In this document: piece by piece, positions 38,818 through 52,350 of the stretch
Layout: the number at the start of each line of letters is the position of its first letter
Numbering within the stretch: the first letter of the stretch is position 1
NCBI GenBank assembly: GCA_013265495.1
Contig: MU058824.1
Location: forward strand, 5,048,691 to 5,112,690
Length of the DNA: 64,000 nt
DNA from: Vicugna vicugna
Taxonomy: Eukaryota
Reading direction: 5' to 3'
The notes under the pieces: generated by a model
What the model was told of the DNA's origin: nothing
Database searches by the model: none
The model's input: the letters and a program-made list of their open reading frames with translations, nothing else
Made by a program: the position numbers and the translations under genes

Positions 38818-40731
38818 ATCAGAGCAGGGCCTCATTCTTATCATTTTATTTAAACTTTATCATCTCCTTACAGGCCCTATCTCCAAATATAGTCATACTG
38901 GGGGCCAAGGCTTCAACATATGAATTTTAGGGGTATGCAATTTGGTGGGGATAGCAGTAAGTCCTAAATTATGTATGTATATATGTATATATACATACAC
39001 ACATGTACAGAGAAAAAGTTTTATACATTTTTAATTTAGTTTCATGAAGATTTCCCTAATACATTAGTCAAGGCATAAATTCAAATCTTACAGCTATTAT
39101 CATTTACTATTTTTTAACTATTAAAGTCATTCTCAAATTTTGCTATTTAAATAATTTTGCAGTGAACATCATTATACACAAATCCTTGTCTGCTTCCTGA
39201 TTGTTCGGGATAAGTTTCTAGAAACCCATAGCAATGTAAACTGCCATCTGCACTAGACATTATAATTAGAATAAAATATTTTTCTAATTGGGGAAAAAAA
39301 CAGTGTCATAAATGACTAAAAAGGCAAGGTTTATTTTTTTTTATTAAAGATTAAAAAGTAAGGACAACCAAATAACATGTGTGCTTCTTGATGAGATTAT
39401 ACAATGGTGGTAGGAAACTATAAAAATACTTGGAGGACAACTGGGGAATTCTTAATATGGACTGTGTATTAGATATTACTGCATCAATGTTAAATTTTTT
39501 AATCCTGATAATGGTATTTTGTTATGTAGACTGTTTCAACTCTTAGGAGACACATGCTAATGTGCCATGAAGTCTGACGCTTATGTTCAAATGATTCAGA
39601 AAAATATATGTGCATATTTTTACATATGTGTATATAGAGACAGAAGTAGTGGAGAGTGGGGAAGGAGAGGAGCCAATGTGGCAAAATGTTAACCACTAAA
39701 TCTAGTAAAGGGTACATGGGTGTCCACTGTACTGTTCTTTCAACTTTTCTGAAAGTTTAAAATTTTTCAAAATAAAAATATATTAGGGAGTAGTCAAAGA
39801 TAGGAACAGACTATTCAGAAAAATTAATTAGCCAGTAAACATACGAAAAAGTAGAATTAATAAACTTGCTGCTTATTTATAGCCTTTTATTTCTTCCTGC
39901 CCTCTAGACATTTGCTCTCTAATCACCTGAACTGCATTTTATCAAATGGGCCCAGAAGGAATGGGAAGAGAAATCTCAGTCATTCCATTTCACTTCTCAT
40001 TAGCAGTCCTGGAAAAATACTTAAAAGATTAAAAACGTCAAAATTAACTCATCACAATGAGTTTTCAAAATGACCTATAGACCTTATTCACAGCTTGGTC
40101 TTCAATTCAGATTCTTCTGGTCTCCTTTGACCCTAAATGTTTGATAAATCCTACTTCCTAAATGGCAAAAAAAGAAAAAAAAAGGAATAAATCTCATGAA
40201 AAATAGGGTTTTCTTTAAATAAAGAAAAAATGTTGACCTCTGCCAGTGGTCTTCATCTCAGTTTCCTCACCTTAAAAATGAGGACAACAGTAAAATCTAT
40301 GTTTTAGGGTTGTTGTGAACATTAAATAAGTATTAGTACATTTTAGTTCTTACAGCAGTATCTGACATACTATATGACCTCAGAATGTTAGCTGCTATGG
40401 TTCTTAGTAGTAGTAGCATTACTATAATAACTACTACCACTATCACCACCACTTTCAACCCAAAGTTAGTAAGAGTTTGGTGTTTGATTCAGAAACACTA
40501 AAGCAACACAAAAGAAACAGAACACACACACATCCCCCACAGGTTGATAAAGTGAAAGAATTGATTCCAGGTCAGTCCTTTGGTGTCTCCTCAAGCTGTT
40601 CTGAGAGAAACTGAGAAAATACCAATGTACCAACAACACAAGCTCATTTCAAGACAGAATCTGTGTGGTCTGGATAAATTAATCTCAGGAGAAATGACAA
40701 ATTCTCTCACTCAGCTTCATCTCTTATCAAA

Positions 40732-40877
40732 CTTTTGTTGTTGTTGTTTTGGGGTTTTTTGTTTGTTTGGGGGGGAGGTAATTAGGTTTGTTTGTTGGTT
40801 TGTTTTTAATGGAGGTAATGCAGGATCTCATGCATCCTAAGCACACACTCTACCACTGAGCTATACCATACCCCCTA
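40732..40877 (-). mobile_element. tRNA-derived SINE (vic-1-like)
   Basis: Reverse complement GGTATAGCTCAGTGGTAGAGTGTGTGCTTAGG...; TSD CTTATCAAACTTT on both sides. Confidence 0.85.
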
Positions 40878-41444
40878 CTTATCAAACTTTATTGAGGCTT
40901 ACTATATTATATATCAGGTATTGAGCCAGATGCTAGGAATACGAAGTGGAAGATCCCATATCTTTTAAAACTTTGTGTTCTTGTCAAAGAAATACACATA
41001 GATTGTAAGATATGATAGGTTATACGATGGATGTAGGTACAGAGTAGTACAGAAACAGAAGAAAGCCCTAAGCTAGACTTGGGGGAAAAGGAGGAAACAG
41101 CATGAAGATTTCCCATGGGTGGTAACATTTAAACTGAGCCTAAAGGATGATAACAGAGAAATAGGGACAGAGTAGGAAAATTACTCCCCCAGGGGTAAAA
41201 AACTGGCAAACGGAAAAAAGATAAGCACCATTGCCCCGCCTACAGCCATACAAAACCGAAAGACCTCTTCATAAAGCTAAAGGGCAGATAGCCATTGGAG
41301 GTATGGGCTATATAAGGTGTTTATGGAGTATCTTCTGTTCATACATGCCGAATCTCCATCCTCCCCAGCTCAAAATAAGCCAAGTTTGGAGAACTGACAG
41401 AAAGCTGTGATTAAGAAGAAATTCAGAGACAAGTTCTCACTTAC

Positions 41445-41502
41445 AACACTGGGCGGCAGCAGTAGGCAATGGTTTCCTCTGGCTTTCCTCTTGACTAGAA
41501 TA
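41445..41502 (-). CDS. UNC13B: UNC13B exon 7 (58 nt), YSSQEESQRKPLPTAAAQC
   Basis: TAG acceptor and GTAAGT donor; matches the Munc13-2 linker; ends in phase 1. Confidence 0.95.
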
Positions 41503-44201
41503 CTAGAAACAGAAAGGAGAAAAAAAAAACATATATAATAAGAGGCCCAAGTAAAGAGGGGGAAAAAAATCACAGCTACCTGTAAAAAGGTTTAGCATTT
41601 GACTGGAGTCAAATTTTTTATCAAACAGAAACAGATCACCTGCTGCTGACTTTCCTGTGTGATCCTGACATACAGGCCACACTATCAGATATGGCATTGG
41701 CCCAGTGTGACAGGCTAAAAGCAGGATAGTGGAGAGGCTGTTCTGACGAAGGGCACCTGGGCACCATTCCAGCTCTGCCAGGCAGCTGTACAAGGCTTAG
41801 CCTCAGAAGCCTTAGAGGACTTAGGAAAGTCGGTCATTTGAATTTTTCTATGGATAATGTATACACTTCCCCATTTGGGTGAAATTTCTCTGAGATTCTG
41901 TTTTTTCACCTTTAAAAAAAATAATGCTTCTTACCTCACCAGAAATTACTTATTTAGGCATGTAATGTAACATCTGGTATTTACCTTCCAGTTATACTCT
42001 AACCTGCCCAACCCAACCCACGACTATCACCACCAAAAAAGCAGTACTGAAGCCATCAAAAGAAAGTTCTATAAAAGTGAGCCGAAGTAAGCTCAAGTCT
42101 TGAAGATGGACAGGATTTGGAAAGGCAACACAAAAAGAAAAAGGTATAAACAAATTAACACAGAGGGGTGGGCCTGCGTTCAAACCCCAGTATCTATTAA
42201 AAATAATCATAAAATTTAAAAAAAATTAGCACAGAGACATAGCATCTGGAAGAAAAATAGTTTGGTTCAGAGCCCTCTGAAGGACTGAAAAAACATGACT
42301 TGTTTTTGTTATCAGCAACTTGAAAATATGATCTGAGTTTTCATCCTGGCTCTGCCATTTATTAATAAGCTTTGAGAATCTGGGCAAGACCAAGCTTCTC
42401 TAATACTGAATGAGTCATTCATTCAACAGATATTTCTTGTCTATTACGTGCAAGACTTTGTTCCAGGCACTGAGGGAATAGAGTCTGTAAATGATCTAAG
42501 GAGTTTAGGTAATATTCCAGTCTATCAGGAACCTATTTAAACACAAGAGGGATATGACTTCATTACACTTTAAAAAACACTTTGGCTGCTGTGTGAGAAG
42601 AACTGTAAGGAACAAGAGGGGAAATAAGACTAATTATTGCAATTACCCAGATGAACGTTGATAGTGGCTTACACATGAGTATTCATGGTGAAGGGCATTT
42701 CAAGTGGTTGGATACAAAATATGAAACACATTTAGTATATAGATATACTTTCATATGTAAAACACTTTACAAGCAATAAACTACAACACAAGTATCAGAG
42801 GTAGATACTGCTATCACTGCTTTCATTAAGTCAAGGATCAAAAATCAAACACAATTTAAATAATAAAATAGTATTAGTAAAACTGTCAATAATATAAATG
42901 TTCAAACTTCTTGAAGGTTAAGCAACCCACTGCAAAGCAACAAAGGCATTTGGTTATAAATAATGATGATTTTTATAGGTAGTACACAGGCATTAACAGT
43001 GAAGAAATCATAAAGTTTAAGTACGAAAGTAGAAGAATTCAGACTTGATAGAGGAGAGTAGATATTTTCAGAAGGCATATTTAATGAATCTCTTCTAGGC
43101 TTAAAGTTGAAAGCTGAAGACCATCTACAGCCTAATTAACAATAGTAAGAGAGCTAAGGAAAAAAAATCTATAATATCCATGTACAAAAAAATAAAGATA
43201 GTACGAGTAAGGAAAATTACAGGCCAATCTCATTTATGAATACAGATGTAAAAATCCTAAATAGAGTACCAAGCCAAATCATTTATTTATCCATCATAAA
43301 TAAGTACTGTAATATTTATATATGAATATGTACATATATGTATGCCTACCTATGTATGTTGGCTATAAATGTTGATATATCATGACCAAATGGGCTTTAC
43401 ATACAAGGACAGTTCAATGTCTGAAAATTTATTCACATATTTCACCACAACAAACAGATTAGAGAAAAACTATGTGATCTAGGATGCAGAACAGGTCTTA
43501 ATAAAATCCCTTACTTTTTCATGACAAAAATTCTTAGCAAATCAGAAAGAAAATAGAATTTCCTTAATCTGATAAAGGGTATCTATCAAAATCAATAGCA
43601 AACATCATACTTTAATACTTATGAGGCATTCCCTTTACAGTCAGGAAAAACGTTCCCCATTTTCATTATTAAAAATTACACGGGATGTTTTACACAATGA
43701 ATTTCTTAATAGGTCACCAAAAACAAGGAAAGTCTGAGAAAATATCACAGCCAAAAGGAGCCTAGGGAGACATGAAGATTAAATGTAACACAGTGTCCTA
43801 GATGGGATACTGAAATCGAAAAAGGCATTAGGTAAAACTAAGGAAATCTGGGAAAAACTAAGAATTTTTAGTTTTATTTTTTACTGAATAAAATAAATAT
43901 AATAAATAAAAATAAAATAATAAAATATTAACTTTTAGTTAATAATATATCAGTATTGGTTCAGTAATTATAATAAATGTACCATGCTAATGTAGGATGT
44001 TAATAACACAGGATACTAGAGGAAGGAGGTGGATAAGACATGATATGGAAACCACCTGTACAAACTGCTTACTATTTTTGTAAACTCACAACTGTGCTAG
44101 AAAATGAAGTCTGTTAATAAAAATATATGTAAAAATCTCACTTAAAAACTAAGGCATAGGGATTGGAAAGAGAGAAATACTTATTCAAAGATACAAAAAC
44201 T

Positions 44202-44290
44202 GGGGGTGGGGGTATAGCTCAGTGGTAGAGCATGCGCGAGGTCCTGGGTTCCATCCCCAGAACCTCCGTTAAAAACAAACAAACAAACAA
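44202..44290 (+). mobile_element. tRNA-derived SINE (vic-1-like)
   Basis: GGTATAGCTCAGTGGTAGAGCATGCGCGAGGTCCTGGGTTCCATCCCC, (AAAC)n tail, TSD AAAGAT..AAAAACT. Confidence 0.85.
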
Positions 44291-46479
44291 AAAGATGTAA
44301 AAACTAAAAAACCCAATGGAATTTCTAAACTAGTAGAATTAGTAAGAGTTGGGGAATAAGATCAATACTAAAAATTGAGCAGTAAAGCACTACCTTATAA
44401 TAGCAATGACCTACTAAAAATGTAACTTTCAAATATACCATTCATTCACAATGACTAGAAATAAATCTAACAGAAGAAATACAACTTTCATGGAGAAAAC
44501 AGGCTTTCCCCCATAGCACTTCTCGCCTTCTAACACTTTACTACATTTATTACGTTTTCTGCTTATTGTCTGTCTCCTCCTATTTGATCCACAAGGACAT
44601 GGATCTTTGTTTTAATTTCTGATGCATATCAAGCACCTACAACAGTGCCTAGTACACAGTACTCAATAAGTTATTTGGTGAATCAATGACTAAATGAATA
44701 TCACCAATAAACAGAGAAATGCAAATTTTAATGACAATGCCCTAAACTCATTAGACCAGCAAAAATTTTAAGTCTGATAATATCAAGTATCAGTAATGAT
44801 ATAAAAAAGTAGGAAAATTGGAATATAAATTGGTACCATTATTTTAGAAAGCAATTCAGCAACATCTAATAAGGCTGCATAGAGCATAGCCCATAACAAA
44901 GCAATTCTATTTCCAGGTATATACCCAGAGAATCTCTCATACACAAGCACAAAGAAACAGACTCAGGGATGTTCACTTCAGCATGCATTTGTAATAGTGA
45001 AAACCTTATTTTCCATGAGTAAGATAAGTAATAAATGGCGATACATTTCAACTCTATCATGTGGTAACGTGAAGCTGCTGAGTATGAGAACTGCTAAATA
45101 CCATAGGATAAAGTTTCTGCATTGTTTTTAAAATGATTTTGCAGCAAGTATGACCAAATTTTGATAATCATTGAGTTAATAATCACTGGAGATAAGTGTA
45201 CAGGTTTCCTTTTACTATTCCCTCTACTTTTATGTTTGTTTAAATTTTTTTCATGATAAAAAATTGAAAAAAGAAAGGACATAGGAGCTAACTTGAAGAA
45301 GTTCCCACTAACCAAAGATAAGACAAGCTTAGTATCAAAAAGAGTAATGACTACAATGGATTTTAACACAAATATATCAAAATCCATAAATTGAAAATGA
45401 TATGCCACTAAAAAAAAAAAACAAAAAAACTAATGCATTGGTCCTTGATAAGTTGCTTTCGCAACAGCTCACTATTTTGAAAATTTATAAAGAGAATTCT
45501 TTCTTGTACAGACTTTATTTCAAGTGAACCAAACAGCTAGTGAGAGAAAGTTCTATTTTATAGACAAATCATAGCTAACAAATGTTGAAGGGATGGTATA
45601 ATTAAAAAATCATCATTGTGCTACCCTAACAGTGATTATTTCCTGCTTAAACTTTATAATGGATGAAATAGGCTAACACCAAGTTGAATCCAGTCTAATT
45701 TTAACATCATTAAAAGTGAAATAAGGTATCATCTGCCTACCAAAAAAGAAAAAAAAGAACTTCAATCCGAATCTCAATCTAACTCTCAAACTACTAGATG
45801 TAATTTTCAGTTGAAAAAAATAAGAAGCTCACTCCCTCATCTTCCAAGATGGCCCGCACCCTATGGAGTGTGTATCTAGTTTTACTTTAACCACCTCACC
45901 CCACCCCACCTTGACCACCATGCCTTATGGCCTCTCTGGCCTTCTGAGATGGCCTACATTTGATCTATGGAGTGTGCATCTCTCTGAATAAATCTACTTT
46001 TACTCAAAAAAAAAAGGGATAAGGAATATGGTAAATAAAATCCTGAGGATATCATCAGCCAAATCCAGAATGTGCAGAATTCTACAAAACAAATGAGGGA
46101 AGAGGAAACAGTTATAGAATAAAAATAGTTTAAAAGACATAATAACCAAATATGTACAACTTGTTTAGATCCTGAATTGAACAAATCAACTGTGAAAAGA
46201 CATCTTTGAGATAATAAAGGAAATCTTAACTCAGACTAGGTATTAGATGACAGTAAGAAATTATTCTTAAATGCCATATATTAAAGACACTGGGTATTTT
46301 TTGAAGGCATTATCTGTTAAAGATGTATACTGACGTATTTATGTATTCATGGGTGAGACAAGATGATGTCTGGCATTGGTTTTAAAATACTCCAGCAAAA
46401 AGAGGGAAGAGTAATTCTGCAGGTAATTCTATACGTTTTTCATGTTCAAAACTTTCAATAATAAAGTTTTTAAACAAAA

Positions 46480-47165
46480 TGGCAATCACAATGAGATACC
46501 ACTTCACCATCCACTGAGAGAGCTGTAATCAAAAAGACAGATGAGTATTGGCAGTGATATGGAGAAACTGGAACCTTTACACACTTCTGGTAGGAATGGG
46601 GATGGTATAGCTACTTTGTAAAGCAATCTGGCAGTTTCTAAAATCACTAAACATACTTAACACTTTTTTCTGGCAATTTCATTCCCAGGTATATATCCAA
46701 GAGAATTGAAAATATATATCCAAACAAAAACTTGCATACAAATGTTTATAGCAGCATTATCCATAACAGCCAAAAAGTGGAAACAACCCAACTGTTTATC
46801 AACTGACAAATGGGTAAATAACATATGGTATAACCACACAATAGAATATTACTTGGGAATAAAAGAGAATAGAGCACTGATAAATGCTACAACATACAAG
46901 AAACTCTGAAAAATATGTTATGTTAAAGAAGACAGCCACAAAGGACCAAATATTGTATGAATTTACAAAAATTTCTAGAAGTCAATGTATATAGGACTGA
47001 GGAGGACGAGGGGATTAGGGTTTCTTTATGTGGTAATGAAAATGCTCTAAAATTAATTATGATGAATGTACAACTCTGAATATAGTAAAAGTCACTAAAT
47101 TGTACACTTTTAATGTGTGAACTGTATGATATGTAAACTATATCTCAATAAAACTGTTCTAAAAA
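46480..47165 (+). mobile_element. Old L1M 3' fragment
   Basis: CACAATGAGATACCACTTCAC...CCCAGGTATATATCCAAGAGAATTGAAAA...TATATCTCAATAAAACTG. Confidence 0.8.
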
Positions 47166-47725
47166 AAACAGGGAGGTATAGGAAGGGATGAAGGAAATAA
47201 ATTCAGTGAGCTGCATACCCAAGAATAGAAACAGAAAGCAAAATTCTCAGAGGGAGTTGAGAGCCAAAGACCAAAAACTACCATTTTTAGAACTTGTAAA
47301 ATTCTGCAAGTTTGTATAAGTTATATTTGGGTTTTTTTTTATTATTTTAATCTTTTCATCTGATTCTACATGAAGTAAATAAAGCCTGTAAAATAAAAAG
47401 TACAATGCATCTCTTTACTAGGAAAACAAGGAAGATAAGAGTTTGGAAAGCTGTATATCACTACGCAGTCAGGCTTTGGGAAGACAAAAACACAAAAGGT
47501 AAAATTGATGCAAGGATAGAGTGGATTGTGGCATTTATCAAGGGGAGAAGACAGACTGGAGCTTTCAACAAAGAAAAGTTGGTATGTTAGCTTGGGCATG
47601 AGAAGAGTTATGCAGCTTTAATAATAGAAAGTCTACTAAGGACTCAGAAGCAGTAAGGGAAACTTATGGAAAGAGTAGTTTGCACTTATCCCAAATTCCA
47701 CTACTTCACCTTCAAGTTAACTCAC

Positions 47726-48172
47726 TGTGGGTTTAATTGTGTCCCTTAAAAAGATACGTTGAAGTCCTAATCCCCAGTACCTATGAATGTGACCTTATTT
47801 GGAAATAGGAGTTCTGCAGATGTAATCGAGTTAACCCAGACTGGTGTCCTACAAAATGAATGGAAATTTGGGCACAGACACAAAAAGAGAGGAGAACATA
47901 TTGTGAGGACACACACAGAAACAGGGAGGCATGTGATAGTAGAGGCAGAGACTAAAATAATGTGTCTACAATCCAAGGAATGGCAAGGACTACTGGGAAC
48001 CACCAGAAGGCAGCAGAAAGGCATGCGACTGTTTCTCCCTCAGAGCCTCCCCAAGGAACTGATCCTGCCAACACCTGATGGCAGAATTCTAGCCACCAGA
48101 ACTGTCAGAGAACAAATTTCTTTTATCGTAAGCTACCACGTATGTGGTACTTTGTTATGGCAGCCCTAGGAA
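47726..48172 (+). mobile_element. MLT1-type MaLR solo LTR
   Basis: GAATGTGACCTTATTTGGAAATAGG...CCAGAACTGTCAGAGAACAAATTTC...TTTGTTATGGCAGCCCTAGGAAAC. Confidence 0.85.
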
Positions 48173-49189
48173 ACGTATGCTCATCAAATCACTGGATTCT
48201 GGCTTCCTGTACTAACCTGCGGATATTGGTCATTCACTGCCAAATCCAATGGCTCCACTTCATTACTCATTTTCTTTGTTCTCAGAAACATTTGACCCTA
48301 TGAAGAAATTCTGCCTTAAAACTTTTTTCCTTTGTTCCACAACTCTTTTTCTGGTTTTCCTGCTTTCTCTTTCAGGCAGCTCTTTCTCAGTCTTTTGTTT
48401 CTCAGGATTCTATCTTTGATGTCTCCTAAGGTTTCGTCCCTGTTCTTCAATACTCTTTCTACGTATTCTATCTGGGTGAACTCTTCTATTCCTATGACTT
48501 CACTTGCTACCAATATGTTGATGAATCCAAACTCTATGCCTATAGGTCCTCACCCCATCCAATCCTGAGCTTCAGATTCTCTCATGAACTTGGTTACCAG
48601 GCATTTCTGCCGAAGTATCCCCTGGCACTCCAAATTCTACCTTATAATCAGACCAATTTTCTAATAGCCCAACTTGTTCAAAAGTAAAAAACTTATCTTT
48701 TCCCTCCACCACCACTACCAAAAAAATTCCCCATTCCTTAAGGTCCAGACTGAGTTGACTGTTCTCTTTTGTGCACCAGACTTATCTCTGGAGTTAAGTC
48801 AGGACAGCAGGACCAAGCAATGCAATAGTCTAAACACTCCTAAAAAGAGCACACAAATAAGAATATATATCCAAAAATCTGGAGACAAGAAGAAAAAAAG
48901 CCTTCTGCTCATCTGTGTAACAAGAGGACAGAACTCCTAGTATAAGCTCCCTCCCTAACAGTTGAGAGCCAGACTAGTGCTAATTCAGCCACCTCTGGGG
49001 GACAATGGGAAGAAAGAGAAAAGCGGATAGATCAAATAATAGGCAATCCTCTGGCTGCTTTTTTCCTTTTATGCAGTTTGAAGCCTTTCATTCTTCAATA
49101 TGCTCCTGGTTCACTCCCTTGACAAACTATAAAGTGTCCCATAAAGAGACTTTCCCCATCTTTTTGTATCGTAAAAAAACAGTTCCTAC

Positions 49190-49263
49190 CTCATTGTCAG
49201 CTCCCAAGGCATTGATTTGCTCCAATTTATAGGTCCAATATCTGGCTTCCTCCTCTGGGATAT
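49190..49263 (-). CDS. UNC13B: UNC13B exon 6 (74 nt), [25 protein letters not shown]
   Basis: TAG acceptor and GTAGG donor; helix following C2A; phase consistent. Confidence 0.96.
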
Positions 49264-49449
49264 CTACCACAAAAAAGAAGAAACCACATTATTAGATTAA
49301 TAATTTAATCATGGGCTGATAACACTTTATTCAATCAAAGGATCAAAGTTAGAAGGGTGGTAGCAATGGGCTGACTTTTCCGGTGGCTTGGTTCTTGCCA
49401 TGAACATTATCTTGAATCTTTACAAAAACAACAATAATACACTATTATT

Positions 49450-51300
49450 CCCATTGGATCAGAAGACTGAATATTGTTAAGATGTCAATACTATCCAAAG
49501 TCATCTACAGATTCAGTGCAGTAGCTTTTAAAATTCCAGTGATGTTGGGGGAAGGGTATAGCTCAAGTGGTAGACTGCATGCTCAGCATGCACAGAGTCC
49601 TGGGTTCAATCCTCAGTACAGCCTCTAAAAGTAAATAAATAGATAAACCTAGTGACCTCCCCCCAAAAAACAAAACCAAAATAAACAACAAAAAACAACA
49701 ACAAATTCCAATGATATTTTTGCAAAAATGGAAAACCCCAACCTAAACTTCATATGGAATCCTATATGGATCCAAAGAGCAAAAACAATCTTGAAAAGGA
49801 AGAACATAGTTAGAGGACTCATGCTTCCTTATTTCAAAACCTATTATAAAGCTACAGTAATCAAACCTGTATTGTACTGACATAAAGACAGACATGTAGA
49901 CCAATGAAACAGAATAGAGGGCCCAGAAATAAACCCTCACATATACAATCAAATTATTTTTTTCAAGGATATCAAGAACATTCAATAAGGAAAACAGCTT
50001 TTTCAAAAACGATGCTGGGAAAACTGGATATCCACAAGCAAAAACTGAAAGTGGACCTTTATCTAAAACCATATAGAAAAATTAACTCAAAATGGATCAA
50101 AACATAAATGTTTAAGACCCAGAACTAGAAAACAGGGAAAAAACACAGGGCCAAAATTGCATAACACTGGATTTAGCAATGATTTTTTACTTAGATAGGA
50201 CATCAAAGGCACAGGCAACAACAAAAAAGACAAATTAGACTTCCTTAAAATTTTAAAAATTTCTTCATCAAAAGGCATTATCAACAAAACAAAAAGGTAA
50301 CCCACAGAATGGGAGAAAATATTTGCAAATAATATATCTGATAAAGAATTAATTCTGAGAATATATAGAAAATTCCTAAAACTCAACAACAAAAACCCAA
50401 TCCAAAAATGGGCAATGGACTTGACAGACATTTCTCCAAAAAGGATAACAAATGGCCAATAAGCACATAAACAGATGTTCAACATCACTAATCATTAGGG
50501 AAATACAAGTCAAAACTACAATAAGAAATCACTTCACATCCATTAGGATAGCTGATGTCAGAAAAAAAAAAAAGAAACAAAACACGTGTTAGCGAGGATA
50601 TGGAGAAATTGGAACCCTTGTACACTATTGGTGGGAGTGTAAACTAGTACAGCCACTATGATGAACAGTATGGCAATTCTTCAAAAAATTAAAAACAGAA
50701 TTACCATACGATCCAGCAATTCCACTTCTGGGTATATACCCAAAAGAACTGAAAGCAGAATCTCAAAGAGATATTTACCAAAAAGAGAGAGAAAGAGATT
50801 TGCATACCCATGTTCATAACAGCATTACCCACAATAGCTGAAATGTAAAAGCAATTCAAGCGTCCATTAATAATGAATGGATAGGCAAAATGTGGTATAT
50901 ACATATAAGGGAATATTACTCAGTCTCAAAAAGGAAGGAAATTCTGACATATCCTACACATGGATGAACCTTGAGGACATTATGCTAAGTAAAACAAGCC
51001 AGTCACAAAAAGACAAATACTGTATGATTCTACTCATATGAGGTACTTAGAGTAGTCAAAATCAGACGTAGAAAATAGGAAGGTGGCTGCCAGGGGCTAG
51101 GGGGAGACAGAATGGGGAGTTATTGTCTAATGGGGTATAGAGTTTCAGTTTTGTTTACAAGATGAAAAGAGTTATGGATATGAATAGTGGTGATGGTTGC
51201 ACAACACTATACATGTATTCATACAACTGAACTGTACACTTAAAATGGTTAGGACACTTAATTTCATGTTATATGTATTTTATCACAATAAAAAAGTAGA
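49450..51300 (+). mobile_element. L1 (L1MB-like) ORF2 3' part plus 3'UTR, interrupted by a SINE
   Basis: AAAGCTACAGTAATCAAAC, CAATGAAACAGAATAGAG, CCAGCAATTCCACTTCTGGGTATATACCCAAAAGAACTGAAAGCAG motifs. Confidence 0.9.
49547..49702 (+). mobile_element. tRNA-derived SINE (vic-1-like) inserted in L1
   Basis: GGGTATAGCTCAAGTGGTAGA...GTCCTGGGTTCAATCC; TSD AAATTCCA(G/A)TGAT(G/A)TT. Confidence 0.85.
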
Positions 51301-52104
51301 GGAAAAAAATAATGGTATACATAGCCTCATCTCTGTATATTTAAGATGGACTATAACAACTTCCCCCAAAAATAAAACATGTTTTAAAAACATCAAATAT
51401 ATCCATATATCCAGCACAACAAAGAAACACTGAGACAAAATATGGATCAGATCAACTTTGGGGATATTTAAACAGACACAACTTACAATAGTAGTCCACA
51501 TGTAAGGAATCAAAGACAGTCCTTTCTCCTTTGTCCCTCCTGTCCAAAACTTCACCCTCTTCCCCTTAAACCACTCCTCAGAAATCAGTGGCAATAGTTC
51601 AGTCTCATAATAAAACGTTCAAGTAATTTACTAATTTGTATAGCACTTCCTCATCCATTAAATGGTGCACTCTGCACTTGTTAAAAAGAAGTGAGAAGGG
51701 AGGAAGAGCTGCTGTTCTGCAGGTCTATGTGTTCTGATGTAGAATAATTCACCAAGAGTCACTGTTAAGTGGAAAACAGCAAGGGACAACATATATGTTA
51801 GAATATGCTTCTATTTGTGTTTTTAAAGTGGGTAGGGGGTTTATATATATGCTTACAGATTCAGAGACTGACTCTGGAAAGATAACACAAGAAAGTATTA
51901 ATTGTGGTAGCCTATAAGGAGGATAACTGATTTGTGAGGAGACATAATTTTCACTGGATAACTTTTTAAACCATTGTGCATGTATTACTACCTCATCCCT
52001 CAATATAGAGCTACAAGGATGTTTATCGCAGTACTGTTTATAATAGTACGAACTTTTGAACAAACAAAATATCTAACAAGAGGAATGGGTAAACATACTA
52101 TAGT

Positions 52105-52350
52105 TTCAATTAAAAGCCCAGGCCCTGAAGCCAAATCATGCAAGTTTCAATGGCTTTACCACTTACTAGTTAAATGACCTTGTGTAAAAGAAATACTCTG
52201 TGCCTCCATTTCCTCATCTCTAAAAATGGAAGTAATAGTTGAGTCTACCTCAAAGGATTGAAGTGAGGATTAAATAAGATAACATATGTAAATGTTCAGT
52301 GACACACCCACTGGCACATTATAATCAGCTAACAAATGTTTTTATTATTA
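52105..52350 (+). mobile_element. MIR
   Basis: CTCTGTGCCTCCATTTCCTCATCTCTAAAAATGG...GTGAGGATTAAATAAGATAAC core. Confidence 0.7.

Larger units (their letters stand above)
38075..38945. mobile_element. MaLR (MLT1-like) LTR interrupted by a younger solo LTR; probable MaLR internal sequence adjoins from about 37480
   Basis: GGGCTGCCATAACAAAATACCATAGA...TCTAAGATCAAGGTGCTGGC...GGCTTCAACATATGAATTTT motifs. Confidence 0.7.

Noticed and set aside
41230..41320. GC-box, CCAAT and TATA-like words on the plus strand near exon 7
   Set aside because: Short motifs expected by chance; no CpG island or downstream exon support.
44202..44265. tRNA-like sequences
   Set aside because: SINE heads with A-rich tails and TSDs; no complete cloverleaf.
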